Source: Podarcis erhardii (lineage: Eukaryota). Taken from it: a DNA stretch of 64,000 bases. The position numbers and the translations under genes are program-made. Positions within the stretch are counted from its first letter, which is position 1. Every line of letters begins with the position of its first letter. Shown piece after piece: positions 1-11,273 of the stretch. The notes under the pieces are model-generated. The model did not search any database and was not told where the DNA came from. It saw only the letters and a list, made by a program, of their open reading frames with translations. The stretch is taken from the NCBI GenBank assembly GCA_964252035.1, contig OZ176209.1. One strand, 5' to 3'.

Positions 1-1236
1 ATTAGAAGATCACGGTGCTGACATTAGAGTGGCATAAACAAGCACTCCTGTAAAATGCCCATATGAAGAATGAAGTGCCAAGGCATGTACTGGCAGGATT
101 ATGCCATAATGTTTTTGACACCAATAGACTCCTGCAGTCTTGTTTGGCAGAACTTTGGTGCCGAGACAGCAGGGACATGAGATAATTGGCAGATCAAATA
201 TTTGCAGTGAGCATACTGCTTATGTTTTATTTTGTTATGTCATAAACAGCCAATCCAAATGCCCAGAAGTTGAGATCATTTCCCCTCCATGGACAGGTTA
301 TTTGACTCCTGCATGCTGTTTGGCAAAACCCAAGGTCTAAAACGGGAAATGCACAATAGGTAACAATGACATCATTTTTCGACTGTCCTGGTCCTGCTAG
401 TGACAACATGTGAGCTTTCCGTCTGTTGAAGTGTTTGTCAAACAAGATGATTCTTGTGAAATTTGATATCCTACCATCTTTCTCTCCCCCCCCCTTTCTT
501 CTTAAAAAGTAAATTATGATTGTTTCCTGTTCTGGAAATGAGATTGACTGCGAGTAATTCTTGAGCTGTCAGGGAGCACTGTAGGATAGGCATCTTTGCC
601 AGGAAGACATGACTGGCAGATGAAAAGGGATGATTATGGAAACGTTTAAAAGGGGTCAACTGGAAGAGAACCAGGGCAAGGATAACTAAAACAAAAGAAA
701 AAGAGTAAGCTAGCAGCATGCTACTGTGGGTGGCAGGCAAATTAAAATGATAGGGAAAGAGCAGAATCATTTGAGGCAGTGGGGTGTTGCAAGGTCCACA
801 AGGAAGAGGCGCAAGGGATCTGAAAGCCTGTAGAAGAATAAGGGGTTGTGCATTGGCTAAACCAACAAATCAAGGAGCAGATTAATACACTGCACTACTC
901 CTTCATCCTACAACCCATTGGTCTGTGTGCACAAACTCTACACACTTATAACCCAGGCCTTTGTGTTATACTATTGCACCAAGTTACCAGCCGCCGGATC
1001 GTTATTGTGAAACGTAAATTTGTCATTTTGATGTTTTAGGTTTTTTATAAGTTATAATAATGGCATTTTGTATTTTATAATTTTATTTTGGCTTGTTCAC
1101 TGCCCTAGGGTTTTTTGATGAAGGGTGGTCTATACGTGAAAATAACACTAATATTAATGATATATTGTATGTGCCTAGGCTCCTCAGCATGATTGGGAGA
1201 CCCTGCTTTTTTCAGGGTTCTCAAATATGCATCTAT

Positions 1237-1410
1237 GGAAAAGGCCCATAGCTTACTGGGAGAGCATTGACGGTGTATGCCAAAGTTCTGAGGTTCAGCC
1301 CCTGGCTGGGATTGGTAGGGCTGGCAGAGGCCACCGTCTGAAATTCTGGAAGATGCTGTCAGTGTAGACAGTACAGAGATACATGGACCAGTGGCTTGAC
1401 TTGGTGTAAT
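1237..1410 (+). mobile_element. Degenerate tRNA-derived SINE (Squam3-like)
   Basis: Same head/tail layout as 59868-60179; another degenerate copy at ~55370-55555. Confidence 0.55.
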
Positions 1411-2582
1411 GCATGTTCCTTTGTACGCAAATAACTGATCAAAGTGCAGAAGATGAGGCGGTGAGTGTGATCCTTCCCCTCTCTGTGTTAAGAACTCCAT
1501 AAGAGCCTCATGGAACAGACCAAAGGCCTATTTAGCAGAACATTTTGTTTTCCAGCTGCTACCAGTCAGATGCCTCTGTAAAGGTCACAAGCAGGAGATG
1601 AAGGTGATAAACTTCTCTCACCGCTGTTCCCTATTAGCTGGTGATTCAGAGGCATATATGACTCTGAACCATCCTGATTTGTACCCATTGATAACCTTAT
1701 ACGCCATGGTTTTTTATTATTTAATTTATTTAATTTTAAAAAGACCTCAAAACTGTTTTCCCTAATTCCATTTGTTAAAGCCATCTAAGATACTCAACCA
1801 CCACCTTTCCCAATGGTGCCATTTTATTGGTGTCTGGAGGGGCTATAGCAAAACAAAGGCAGGATGAAAACATTTGTGGTATAAAAAGTTACCCAGAAAA
1901 GGTTGATAGATAACGGGGCAGCCTTGTAGAAAAATTCCCTCCCTTTATCTGGTGGCAGCAAGTTGTTTATATGGGGGCGGGCAGTTGAGCAGAGGAGTAC
2001 ACTGTTAGGTTAGCAGAGAAATCCTTTCCCTCAGATGGATGGATGGAGGGAGGCTGGGAGGGGGCTGTCATCAGCCCCATATAAGCTTCTAGAAGGTCTA
2101 AACAGGGCGTATTAAATATAAGAAAACCTGCTTGGCTGAGCTGAGGAGGGAGTCCGCAGTTCCTCCTTTCGAAAGTCAGAATTTGAGCTATGCAAATGAA
2201 GCTTTGGGGGATATCCATTTCAGTTTCCAGATGTTCTAAGTGACGGTGCCACAGGCTAGCTAAAGGCAACTTAGCACTGGTTGCTGGTAAGCTAGTAGAC
2301 AAATTAGCAGTGTTCTGACCATATGAGTTTTGGTGCAGGCTTAGCAACGGCCAGTCAGCTGCTTGCTTAGTGTAAGCAATTGATCCTAGTTGAGAACACA
2401 AGCGGCAGAGCCTGCTCTTGCTTTCATGCAAAGGGATGTCTTCCTTCCTCCTCAAAGGTGGCAGAAGATGAGCTGTGCATGCACTTGTCTTTGTGCTGAT
2501 CGACAGAGGGCAGATCTGTGCCAAGTGCACGTAGAGCCCAGCATCTCCATGCCACACAACAAAGTCTGGCAATATAGCAGCC

Positions 2583-2586
<4 letters not shown>

Positions 2587-2615
<29 letters not shown>
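2587..2615. repeat. (CA)14 microsatellite
   Basis: Directly visible. Confidence 0.95.
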
Positions 2616-2617
<2 letters not shown>

Positions 2618-2994
2618 CTAGAAGCTTCTCATTTCCCATGGCAGTTGCCCCTTCCAGCTTGGGGTAAACAGATTGTACAACACTACAGTTACAGGTTCCA
2701 TTTGTCACGAATGTACCAGCCTATTCTCCCGTCTAAGAGCAGTGAGCAGCCACAACAGAAACAAGAAAGCAGGGGAACCATCTCCTGTGGCCATCAGTCT
2801 TGGACAGAGAGCATGTTATCACTGGAACGTGTATTTGTGTGTGTGTGTGTGTGCTTTATCCACTGTGCGTGTGTGTGACTTTATATACTGATTCAGGAGC
2901 TCCTGAGAGCACTTACCTCCTGCAGTATGCAATTAATGTAGAGAAATGTATTGTGTGTTTTTTAATTATACTGTGTGCATGTGCTCCTTTTTAG

Positions 2995-3083
2995 ATGGTG
3001 CCGCTAATCAACCAGGCATGTGACATCCTGCTGAGTAACTTAAAGGTCTATGCAGATTCTGGCACAGCTTTTGACATCCAAAG
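2995..3083 (+). CDS. TBXAS1: Thromboxane-A synthase (CYP5A1) internal exon, equivalent to human exon 6
   Basis: tttttag|ATG...CAAAG|gtactt; 89 nt, phase 0 to 2; [29 protein letters not shown](R) versus recalled human [30 protein letters not shown]. Confidence 0.95.
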
Positions 3084-4207
3084 GTACTTTAATAAATTAG
3101 AAGCGAGGGAAGTTTTTACAGGTACTTGATTTGCCAAGCTATTCTAAGTATGCAATTATTTTACAAATGGAGTTTTTAATTTTTCTGTCTTGATGTGGAC
3201 ACTGTCACTTTCAAATGATTATATCTGCCCCCCCCCCACTTTACTATAGCACAATATTTTAACAGTAGCAATTACAAGCAAAAGTAATTGAAGTGGAGTA
3301 TCTACTCTGTAGCTGCCAGTAACATCCGTGGGGGGAAGGGGGAGAATGTTATTAGTGGCTGCATCCAGCCATCGTGATAAACCATAGTTTATCCTGATAG
3401 GAGTGAGCCTAGGCAAGACTTGGGTTCACACACTCCCCTCCCTCTTTCCTCTCCTTTCCATGCCACAGTTACAGGGAAATTAGAATTTCGCTTCTATTTT
3501 TTTAAATTAATCACAGTTTAGCACCACATCTGAACCCTAAACTGTGGTCCATCTTTAACTATGGTTTCTTGAAGCAATCCGTGTAACTCAGACCTGTTTG
3601 ACAAAGATCCTTTCCAGTGTTAATTGAAAGCTTCCTTTTGCAGATTCTGCCTCTTTTATTGCTGCTTGTTGATTGTGGTTGGGAAAAAGATTGTGGTTGA
3701 GAAAAGATTTTATGATACTCATTCAGTTTCCAGACGCAGCTCCTGATAAGCTAGTATATAACAGAACAGTCCTAAGAGTGGCCGGGAAGCCATGGAATAG
3801 GTGATCCTCTGTCACATCTGAGCCCTGCCAGTTCCTGCTGGCCAGGGCAGAAAATGGGGCATTTTCCTTTTTGCTGTGCTAGTTCCAGGCTGCTGCAGCA
3901 GAGAAGCTTCAATCAGGCCCCTCTTCAGGAAAGGTCCAGAATAAGATGCAGCACCACCAGTAACACTGCCAGCGTAGCTTTTTCCTTGCTCTCACTTTTG
4001 GTGGATGCAGCAAGGGTCTCCATAGCAGCAGAGCCCAGCAGAGAAACACTTCTGCTGATACCCCCACCAGCTCTACTACTCAGGTAGTTAGGACTGTGCT
4101 CTGACTTAGCATAAATCTGACTTCCGTTTTCCTATGTCAGCACTGACATGATGCTACATGATGGGAGTGAAGAGTGAAAGAGCGCAACCAAGTGAATTCT
4201 GTTAAGT

Positions 4208-4209
<2 letters not shown>

Positions 4210-4251
<42 letters not shown>
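4210..4251. repeat. (GT)21 microsatellite
   Basis: Directly visible. Confidence 0.97.
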
Positions 4252-4254
<3 letters not shown>

Positions 4255-4834
4255 ATATGTATTGATATATTTTATTTCTCTGCACTCAGTACTGTATGCC
4301 TAATGACTGGCAGCTTAATGTGTAGACTTATTACAACATAATGTGTGCCATTTTAGGTCCTGTGTAAGATCTGCCTCTGGTGATATTTATGTTGGCCCAT
4401 TCACAAATGCAATTATCACTTGATGTTGCAGTCATCAACACCATAAACACCTATGTGTGAATCAGCCCCAGAACCTTTGCAAAACTCAGATTCAGAAAAT
4501 GAGGAGTTTGTTGTGTTTAGAATTATTAGCAAGTATACATTCAATTTTGTAGTTTAAAAGTACAACTTCTTTACCATTTGTAAAAATGAAAGCTATAAAT
4601 ATTATTCTCAATCAACTTCAGAAGATAATGTGCTTAGTTTTTCATTTTATAAATATCTCCTGACATATCCTCCTGAAATGAATCTTTAAAAGGCCTGGCA
4701 CATAAAAACTCAAATTGTCTTAAATAGGCTCAGAAAAATAAATCCTAGGAGACAGTTTTGCAACAAAGGCAGAAACAGAAATGTGGGATGACAAACGTTG
4801 CAGTTTAACAGCAACCTTCTTAAATCTTTTACAG

Positions 4835-4983
4835 GAATTACAGTTGCTTTACCCTGGATGTTGTTGCTAGTGTGGCTTTTGGTACCCATGTGGACTCCCA
4901 GAAGAATCCTGAGGATGCTTTTGTTAAGAACACCAGAAGATTCTTTGAACTTTCATTATTTAAACCCATCTTAATCCTAGCCA
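4835..4983 (+). CDS. TBXAS1: TBXAS1 internal exon, equivalent to human exon 7
   Basis: ttttacag|G...GCCA|gtaagt; 149 nt, phase 2 to 1; [49 protein letters not shown], with the DVVASVAFG motif of CYP5. Confidence 0.95.
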
Positions 4984-5008
4984 GTAAGTATAACATGACA
5001 GTGCTCTG

Positions 5009-5175
5009 AAGAATCTGAAGAAGTGTGCATGCACACGATCTCTGAAGTATCTGAAGAAGTGTGCATGCACACGAAAGCTCATACCAAGAACTGACTTAGT
5101 TGGTCTTTAAGGTGCTACTGGAAGGAATTTGTTTTGTTTTGACTATGGCAGACCAACACGGCTACCTATCTGCAA
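5009..5175 (+). mobile_element. Short Penelope-like element terminal fragment, or retrozyme-like insertion
   Basis: Flanked by 14-bp direct repeat ATGACAGTGCTCTG (4995-5008, 5176-5189); contains CTGAAGAAGT..CACGAAAGCTCATA..GTTGGTCTTTAAGGTGCTAC, resembling recalled reptile Penelope terminal sequence. Confidence 0.75.
5047..5084 (+). ncRNA. Minimal type I hammerhead ribozyme motif
   Basis: Stem I GUAU(5047-5050)/AUAC(5081-5084); core CUGAAGA(5051-5057) plus extra A; stem II GUGUGC-AU-GCACAC; GAAA(5073-5076); palindromic AGCU helix III; predicted cleavage CUC| after 5080. Confidence 0.75.
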
Positions 5176-6099
5176 ATGACAGTGCTCTGTACATGGTCCA
5201 ACTGTTCCTATTTTTTCCCTTAAACAATTGTTTGTTACAAACCAAAAGTTGTCCATGACAGTGGTTTAGAATGCAACAGGGAAGAAGAAAGATTATGCAA
5301 GGGCCTCAAACATGTGTAAAAGGAGAATGTATTAATACAGTTAAATTAAGGGTCACACACCTTTTTTGGACTAGTGGGTGCCCTAGAGAACAGTGTATAA
5401 CATGAAATTCGATAATACAGTCATGGTGACATTTCCCCCATAAATTTCCAACTATAAAATGCTTAACCTGCCCCCCCCAATGCCAACCCTAAACCAAAGA
5501 TTAGGTTGTGAACCCACTTACTAGGGAGTAAACCCCTTTAAATACAAAGAGGCTTCTGAATAGATGTGTGTACTGTAACTACACAGTGAATTCTTAATTA
5601 GTGCCTGGGTTTAGGCCATGCAGAGCTAGAGATATGCCCAAACCTCTTTGCAAAGTTTTCACATTTGCCTTTTTTTCCAGGGAGGGGAGGGAGAAGATTC
5701 TTTAACACCCACCAACACTTATAGTTTAGTAGTATTTGCAGAAAATAACTTCTGGGGACCCTTTTATTTCAGACAAACCTTCCACATGAAAGATGTATCT
5801 TGGTTGCTAGGGAAAAGAAAGTGCAAACTACAGGGGTCCCTAGTTCTGCTGGATCTCTCAGCGGCCTTTGATACATCAGAAGTAGCAAAAGTGCACTAAA
5901 AGGATAAGTAAGTCCCATTGAATTCAATAGGGCCCATTCCTAGGTTAGTGGGTACAGGATTGCAGCCTAAGTAGATTAAAAAATGAGCTTGTTTATTTGT
6001 GTATGGCATTTGTGTGTTACCTCATATCATCAAGTTTTCTGGGCAGTTTACAGTAAGTAAGTAAAAATAATTTAAATACAGAATAATCATAAATCCATC

Positions 6100-6420
6100 A
6101 GATTAAAAGTTACATAAGTACCACAAGAAAACAAAAACTCACTGCACCCCAAAATTGAACACAGATTGAAAACTGGAGGCCAAAATGACATAGTTATTTA
6201 AGAGGCCTTGTGTGAACAAAAAGGTATTCACTAGGCACCAGAAACACAAGAAGGATCGCCCCAGGCAAGCATGCTTGGGAAGCCTGCTCCACAACTGAGG
6301 TGCTGGGATTGAAAAGGTCCTTTCTCTGGTGGTTATCCAGGGTGGCAATCATTCAGTACTGGGGGCACCTGTAGCAGGGCTTCAGAAGAGGATCTTGACG
6401 TTCAGGTAGGCACGTGAAGC
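6100..6420 (-). mobile_element. Degenerate L2 3' fragment
   Basis: Minus strand RERTFSIPAPQLWSRLP resembles the L2 RAFSxxAPxLWNxLP motif. Confidence 0.65.
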
Positions 6421-7346
6421 ATAGCATTGACTGGAAAAATGGTTAAAACAGATAATGTATTCATGTTATCATTTATTTGTTACTCCTTAAGACATTTATG
6501 GTGGTGATCCTCCCCCCTCCCAAAAAAAAATTGTAAAGAGCAGTAGAGTTCAAGAAGATTAGTTGCAATTATTTTTGTTTTTTATGTAACTAACCATAAC
6601 AGTGATATCAACAATAGGTGAGGGCTACAATCCTATGCACTCTTACCACCAGCAGTGTAGCGTGGCCAGGTTTGGGTTGTTTTAAAAACTTAGGTGCTCC
6701 CTGTCAGTAACACTTGAGAGGGCTGAAATTCTCTTTATGTGGTAGCATTTACTAAAATGTGAAAGCAAAACCTGTGACTGCTTATCCCTTAACAACATCA
6801 AAGTAATGATGAGGCACGTTGGAAACAAAACAAGAATTTTATTTATATGCAATCTATGAGGGTTAAAACTTAATGGATACTTGGATAAGGCAGAATACTT
6901 TGTTTCAGTCACAATCACTTTACAGAATTAAATTGATAACTTTACTTAAGACTTCCACTTTAAACCTGTTTCTGATTAAAATGATTCCTCCTAAAATGGG
7001 TATTTGTTCTACTAAACCAGTAAAACCCTTCCAGCCCCTTGTAGGATCTTTTCTTTTCCCTCAAGGAAATAAACTGACTTGCCCTGCCTAGCAAACCCCT
7101 AACCACCCAGGTAATCCCTTGGTAAGACATTTCTAAATCTAATCCTGACTCTTACCAAGCAGTACCTGAAAGGTTAACTATGTGGTCTAATTTTTAACTC
7201 CACCCAGCCCCTGCTTGGCTTCTGGGTATCCAGAAAGATGAATCCAAGGTCCGCCCAATCACACATTCATAGAATTGTGCTGCACTCCACCTTTCTGTGT
7301 AGGTGGAGTTTCTCTCTCTCCATTTGACACACCTATCTAGTATGTT

Positions 7347-7445
7347 GTTGTTTAGTCATTTAGTCGTGTCCGACTCTTCATGACCCCATGGACCAGAGCA
7401 CGCCAGGCACTCCTGTCTTCCACTGCCTCCCACAGTTTGGTCAAA
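7347..7445 (-). mobile_element. BovB (RTE) LINE 3' end, heavily 5'-truncated
   Basis: gttgtttagtc..tagtcgtgtccgactcttcatgaccccatggac is the reverse complement of the BovB 3' terminus; 12-bp TSD ATCTAGTATGTT (7335-7346, 7446-7457). Confidence 0.85.
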
Positions 7446-8368
7446 ATCTAGTATGTTAGTCCATTTAATTGTTTATAATAATAGCCACTCAGTGTGTAAA
7501 TTTGGAATTTATTGTTCTCCAGTTTAAGGCAGTTACCGGTTTACTGTAGGAATCAATTGATCAAGTCTCAGATTTGTGCCATGCACACAACTCCAGCTTT
7601 ATGAATATTATGCAGCAAGGTAGTTCCTATGAAGGGAAAAATACTTCGGGGCAAATTCCTCATTTGAAAAAAAAACACACCAGAAACATTTAGTGACCTT
7701 CTATTTAATGGTTCACTTAGTTAAAGGGTACATTTACACAAAACTTTCCTGCAGCCCCGAGACAAACCTTGTGATTGTCTCAAGAGTCTGTAAATACAGT
7801 TTGCTGCAGTTAGTCTCTTTGGAGAAGTATATATAAGCTTTAATAGGGCATTAAATGAGGCACCCTGCTTTCCAGAATGAAAAGGGATGATGGAAATTGA
7901 ATTAATGTAACCTTCCAGTCACATTCTCAGAGCTGTCTTACCTTGCAGGTTGGTTTGTAAAGTGTGTGTGTGTTTTTAAAGGCCTCATAATGCATTAAGT
8001 GTTCTATGGCATACATTGCAATGTTGCAGAACCCTGAAGACACATTGAACCCTATTTCTCTGTAGAACAGCCTTCCCCAACCTAATGCCCTCCAAAGAAT
8101 TTTGGACTTCAACTCCCATTGCCCAGCTCCAATATTGTAAATTAGGGAAATGTATGAGATGCGTCCTACAACAATGTGTTCATCTCAGTAATCGGAGTAA
8201 TCTGAGAAAGTATATGCAACCCTCTAGTCAACAATGACAACATAAGAAAGCAGTAGTATTTTTTATTTTAAAAACTCTGAAAGGAAAGGAAATCCATATA
8301 CTTAGGGGTTGTGGATATTTGCATTAATAGCTAATGATGGTTTGTTTGTTTTTGAAACTCTTTTAAAG

Positions 8369-8499
8369 TTGCATTTCCGTTCGTAATGGTCCCCCTGCTT
8401 CAGATTTTGCCAAATAAGAAACGAGATGAGGTGAATGGATTTTTTATCAATGCCATTAAGAATATGATTGCTTTGAGAGACCAGCAAGACCCAAATGAG
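8369..8499 (+). CDS. TBXAS1: TBXAS1 internal exon, equivalent to human exon 8
   Basis: ttttaaag|TT...GAG|gtaaga; 131 nt, phase 1 to 0; [44 protein letters not shown] versus recalled human [43 protein letters not shown]. Confidence 0.95.
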
Positions 8500-8607
8500 G
8501 TAAGACTTCTTTATGGTAGGAAGAGCCATGCATGACCCAACCAAACTGTGTGCATTTAGTCCACTGTTTCCTACAGTGATTAATTTGTTGCCTCTAGGAT
8601 AGACATG

Positions 8608-8971
8608 GGATAGACATGGGTGGTGCTGTGGTCTAAACCACAGAGCCTAGGGCTTGCTGATTGGAAGGTTGGTGGTTCGAATCCCTGCGACGGGGTGAGC
8701 TCCCGTTGCTCAGTCCCAGCTCCTGCCAACCTAGCAGTTTGAAAGCCCATCAAAGTGCAAGTAGATAAATAGGTGGGAAAGTAAACACTATTTCCATGCG
8801 CTGCTCTGGTTTCACCTGAAGCGGCTTAGTCATGCTGGCCACATGACCTGGAAAAATTGTCTGTGGACAAACGTCAGCTCCCTTGGCCAGTAAAGCGAGA
8901 TGGGCACTGCAACCCCAGAGTTGTCCGTGACTGGACTTAACTGTCAGGGGTCCTTTACCTTTTTTTTTTTT
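8608..8971 (+). mobile_element. Sauria SINE
   Basis: gggtggtgctgtggtctaaaccacagagcc..ggttcgaatccc..gagctcccgttgc..gtcaggggtcctttacct; 13-bp TSD TAGGATAGACATG (8595-8607, 8972-8984). Confidence 0.85.
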
Positions 8972-8976
8972 TAGGA

Positions 8977-9178
8977 TAGACATGTTCAACCGGTCGACTG
9001 TGATTTTCCTAAAAAAAGCTCACCAACTCTGGGCACTCTCCTCTAAAAACAGCTCACCAACTCTGGGCAATCCTCCCCCAAAAAAGCTCAACCATCCAAT
9101 GACAATGGGTAGATCACTGCCAGTTTTTTTTTTAATATTGGGAGTAGATTGCAGTCTCTTGGGATTTGGACATGCCTA
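8977..9178. mobile_element. hAT MITE with internal ~33-bp repeats, 5' TIR hit by the Sauria SINE
   Basis: TIRs TAGACATGTTCAAC / TTTGGACATGCCTA; 8-bp TSD CTCTAGGA (8592-8599) and CTCTAGAA (9179-9186); repeated aaagctcaccaactctgggca. Confidence 0.65.
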
Positions 9179-10359
9179 CTCTAGAAAGCCCATAAGCAAG
9201 GCACAACGGCAGTAGCCTTTGCCTAATTTTTCACTCCCAGCATCCAGCATACTTCAGAATTATAGTGTCTCTGCTAACTGTAGAGATGATATCAAACGCA
9301 GCAAAGGCCTCAGTCCAAATTGCAAACTCTGCCTCCTTTAAGGTGTTCAACAATTTGGCTGATTATTTTGCTCTTGACTTCTACATGTTTTTGCACTTCC
9401 TGATGTACATTGCAACTGGAGCTGTGAAAAGGGTACAGAAAGTTCACTTTTCTGGTGACTCATATGTTCTTATTAAAACTAGTATTGAAAATTGCACTTA
9501 GAACTTGCAAAAATTTCCAACCCAGTAATTTTATCCATTTAAAAGCATGACATTTCTTCCAGTCTGGGTTTTAAAAAAAACATTTGTAATTTTTTTTTAA
9601 ATTTTTTTTTTGCTCTCTTTCTTTCTTTTGCCTCTTCTCTCTCTATGTGCTCCCTTATTATAGATATCTCTTTCCCTTTTGTCACTTTCATCCTTCATCA
9701 TACCTTTGGTGCTGGAACACCCTCCCTGAACTTCTGCATGGTGTCACATCCTTCAGGCCACAGCTCAAACCTCATTTCTTCCATGAAGCCTTTAGCTTAA
9801 TCTCCTTCATCTCCATCCCCAGCTGAAATGAACCATAAATACATACAACACCATTTGTGCATATTAAGGGCTCAGTAGTCTTGCTCTCCTTGCTAGGGTG
9901 AGAGGGAAGCCAAGCTCTGGAAAGTGAAAAGAGTCTAAGGCTGAAGCTACACACCAAATCAAATCTACAGGACTGCATCCTCTCCTCAGCTTGCAAATGG
10001 AGACATGAGACAGGGCTGTGGGCTTGCCTCTGTGCCCAAGGGGCACTCGGGGGTTGGCAGTGCCTATTAGGTTTGCACCTCCAGCTCTGAGCTTGTTTTC
10101 TGCTACTCCCCACTCCCACCCCACCCCTGGTCCAAGCTTAGAGCTGGAAAGAGGAACAGATTTTCCAGTAACCTCATGCTGTGTTTTGAGACTAAGCACA
10201 AGCTCAAGGCCAACACCCTTCCTCCTGGAGGAGGAGGCCCTTGGGACAACAAATTTTTGGTTGGCCAGTTCTAGGTTTCATTTTTCCATTGTGAGATAAT
10301 TTCCCACTGCTTTCCTTCTGGAAAACCCACTGTTTACCACTGAATTGCAACAAACATTA

Positions 10360-10619
10360 CAGCCATACCTCGAGTTACAGACGCTTCAGGTCGCGTTTTT
10401 TCAGGTTACGGATCTGCCAAAACCCGGAAGTACCAGAATGGGTTACTTCCGGGTTTCGGGGGTCGCACATGCGCAGAAGACTAAATCGTGCTTTGCACAT
10501 GCGCAGAAGCACCAAATCGCAACCTGCACGTGCATAGACGCGCCACTGCGGGTTGTGAACACTGTGGGTTGCAAACATGCATCCCACACGGATCACATTC
10601 GCAACCCGAGCATCCACTG
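10360..10619. mobile_element. Tc1/mariner (Tigger-like) MITE, distinct subfamily
   Basis: TA|CAGCCATACCTCG...CGAGCATCCACTG|TA; TA TSD, imperfect TIRs. Confidence 0.7.
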
Positions 10620-10924
10620 TAGTTGGTTTTTCTGAGGATTGATGTTTCTTCTGATTCAGTGGTAAACAGTGGGTTTTCCTGGATAAAACTGTGGGGCAAA
10701 TGAAAAACTGCTCAGACCTGTCTGTGCCTTCTAGCAGAAAACCTCTAGGACCAGTACTTTCTTGGCAAAAGTGTGAATAAGGTCTTAGCCTCTGATTATA
10801 ATAACACTTGTTAAAATATCCTTGTTGACCACATTGTATTTCCTGTTTTGTAAATTAGCAAATAAAAGAAAACAAGGGCCCTTCAAATCTGCTAACTAAA
10901 TTTGTATGTACCGGTAAGTGCTCC

Positions 10925-11273
10925 TGTTGTGACGTGGGGTTTGTGATTTCAGCTCTCTTGACATAATATGCTGGAGACAGTTCTCTAGTAACACTTCTTT
11001 ATTAAAGCAACAAGACTAAGACTTGAGGAGGGGAGAGCTACATTTATAGGGACAGGGAACTAGCTAGAAAGGATACATTTTGGAGGGAACAATATCAGGC
11101 AATCACAGTCCTGCCTTTTGGAGGCAACCAATAAGACAGAGGATCCAAATACAGCAGCTTAAATGAACCAATAGTAGCTGTACCCCCTGGAACCAAAAGG
11201 CAGTCACTTTACCCTAATGCAAATACAGACAATAATAATACAGATATAAAATCCTTTGACTCAATACACAACA
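10925..11273 (-). mobile_element. Solo LTR
   Basis: Inverted termini TGTTGTG...CACAACA; 5-bp TSD GCTCC (10920-10924, 11274-11278); minus-strand TATAAAT (11042-11048) then AATAAA (10998-11003). Confidence 0.8.

Noticed and set aside
1967-2994. Long ORFs (214, 162 aa) on both strands before exon 6
   Set aside because: They run through CA/GT microsatellites (CVCVCV, THTHTH), with no splice logic or recognisable domain
5015-5040. First tandem copy as a second ribozyme
   Set aside because: The core ends GATC instead of GAAA and has no NUH or stem I partner, so it is predicted inactive
6702-7331. Possible second solo LTR (TGTCA...TGACA, GC box plus CCAAT)
   Set aside because: No matching 4-6-bp TSD for any TG...CA pair I tried
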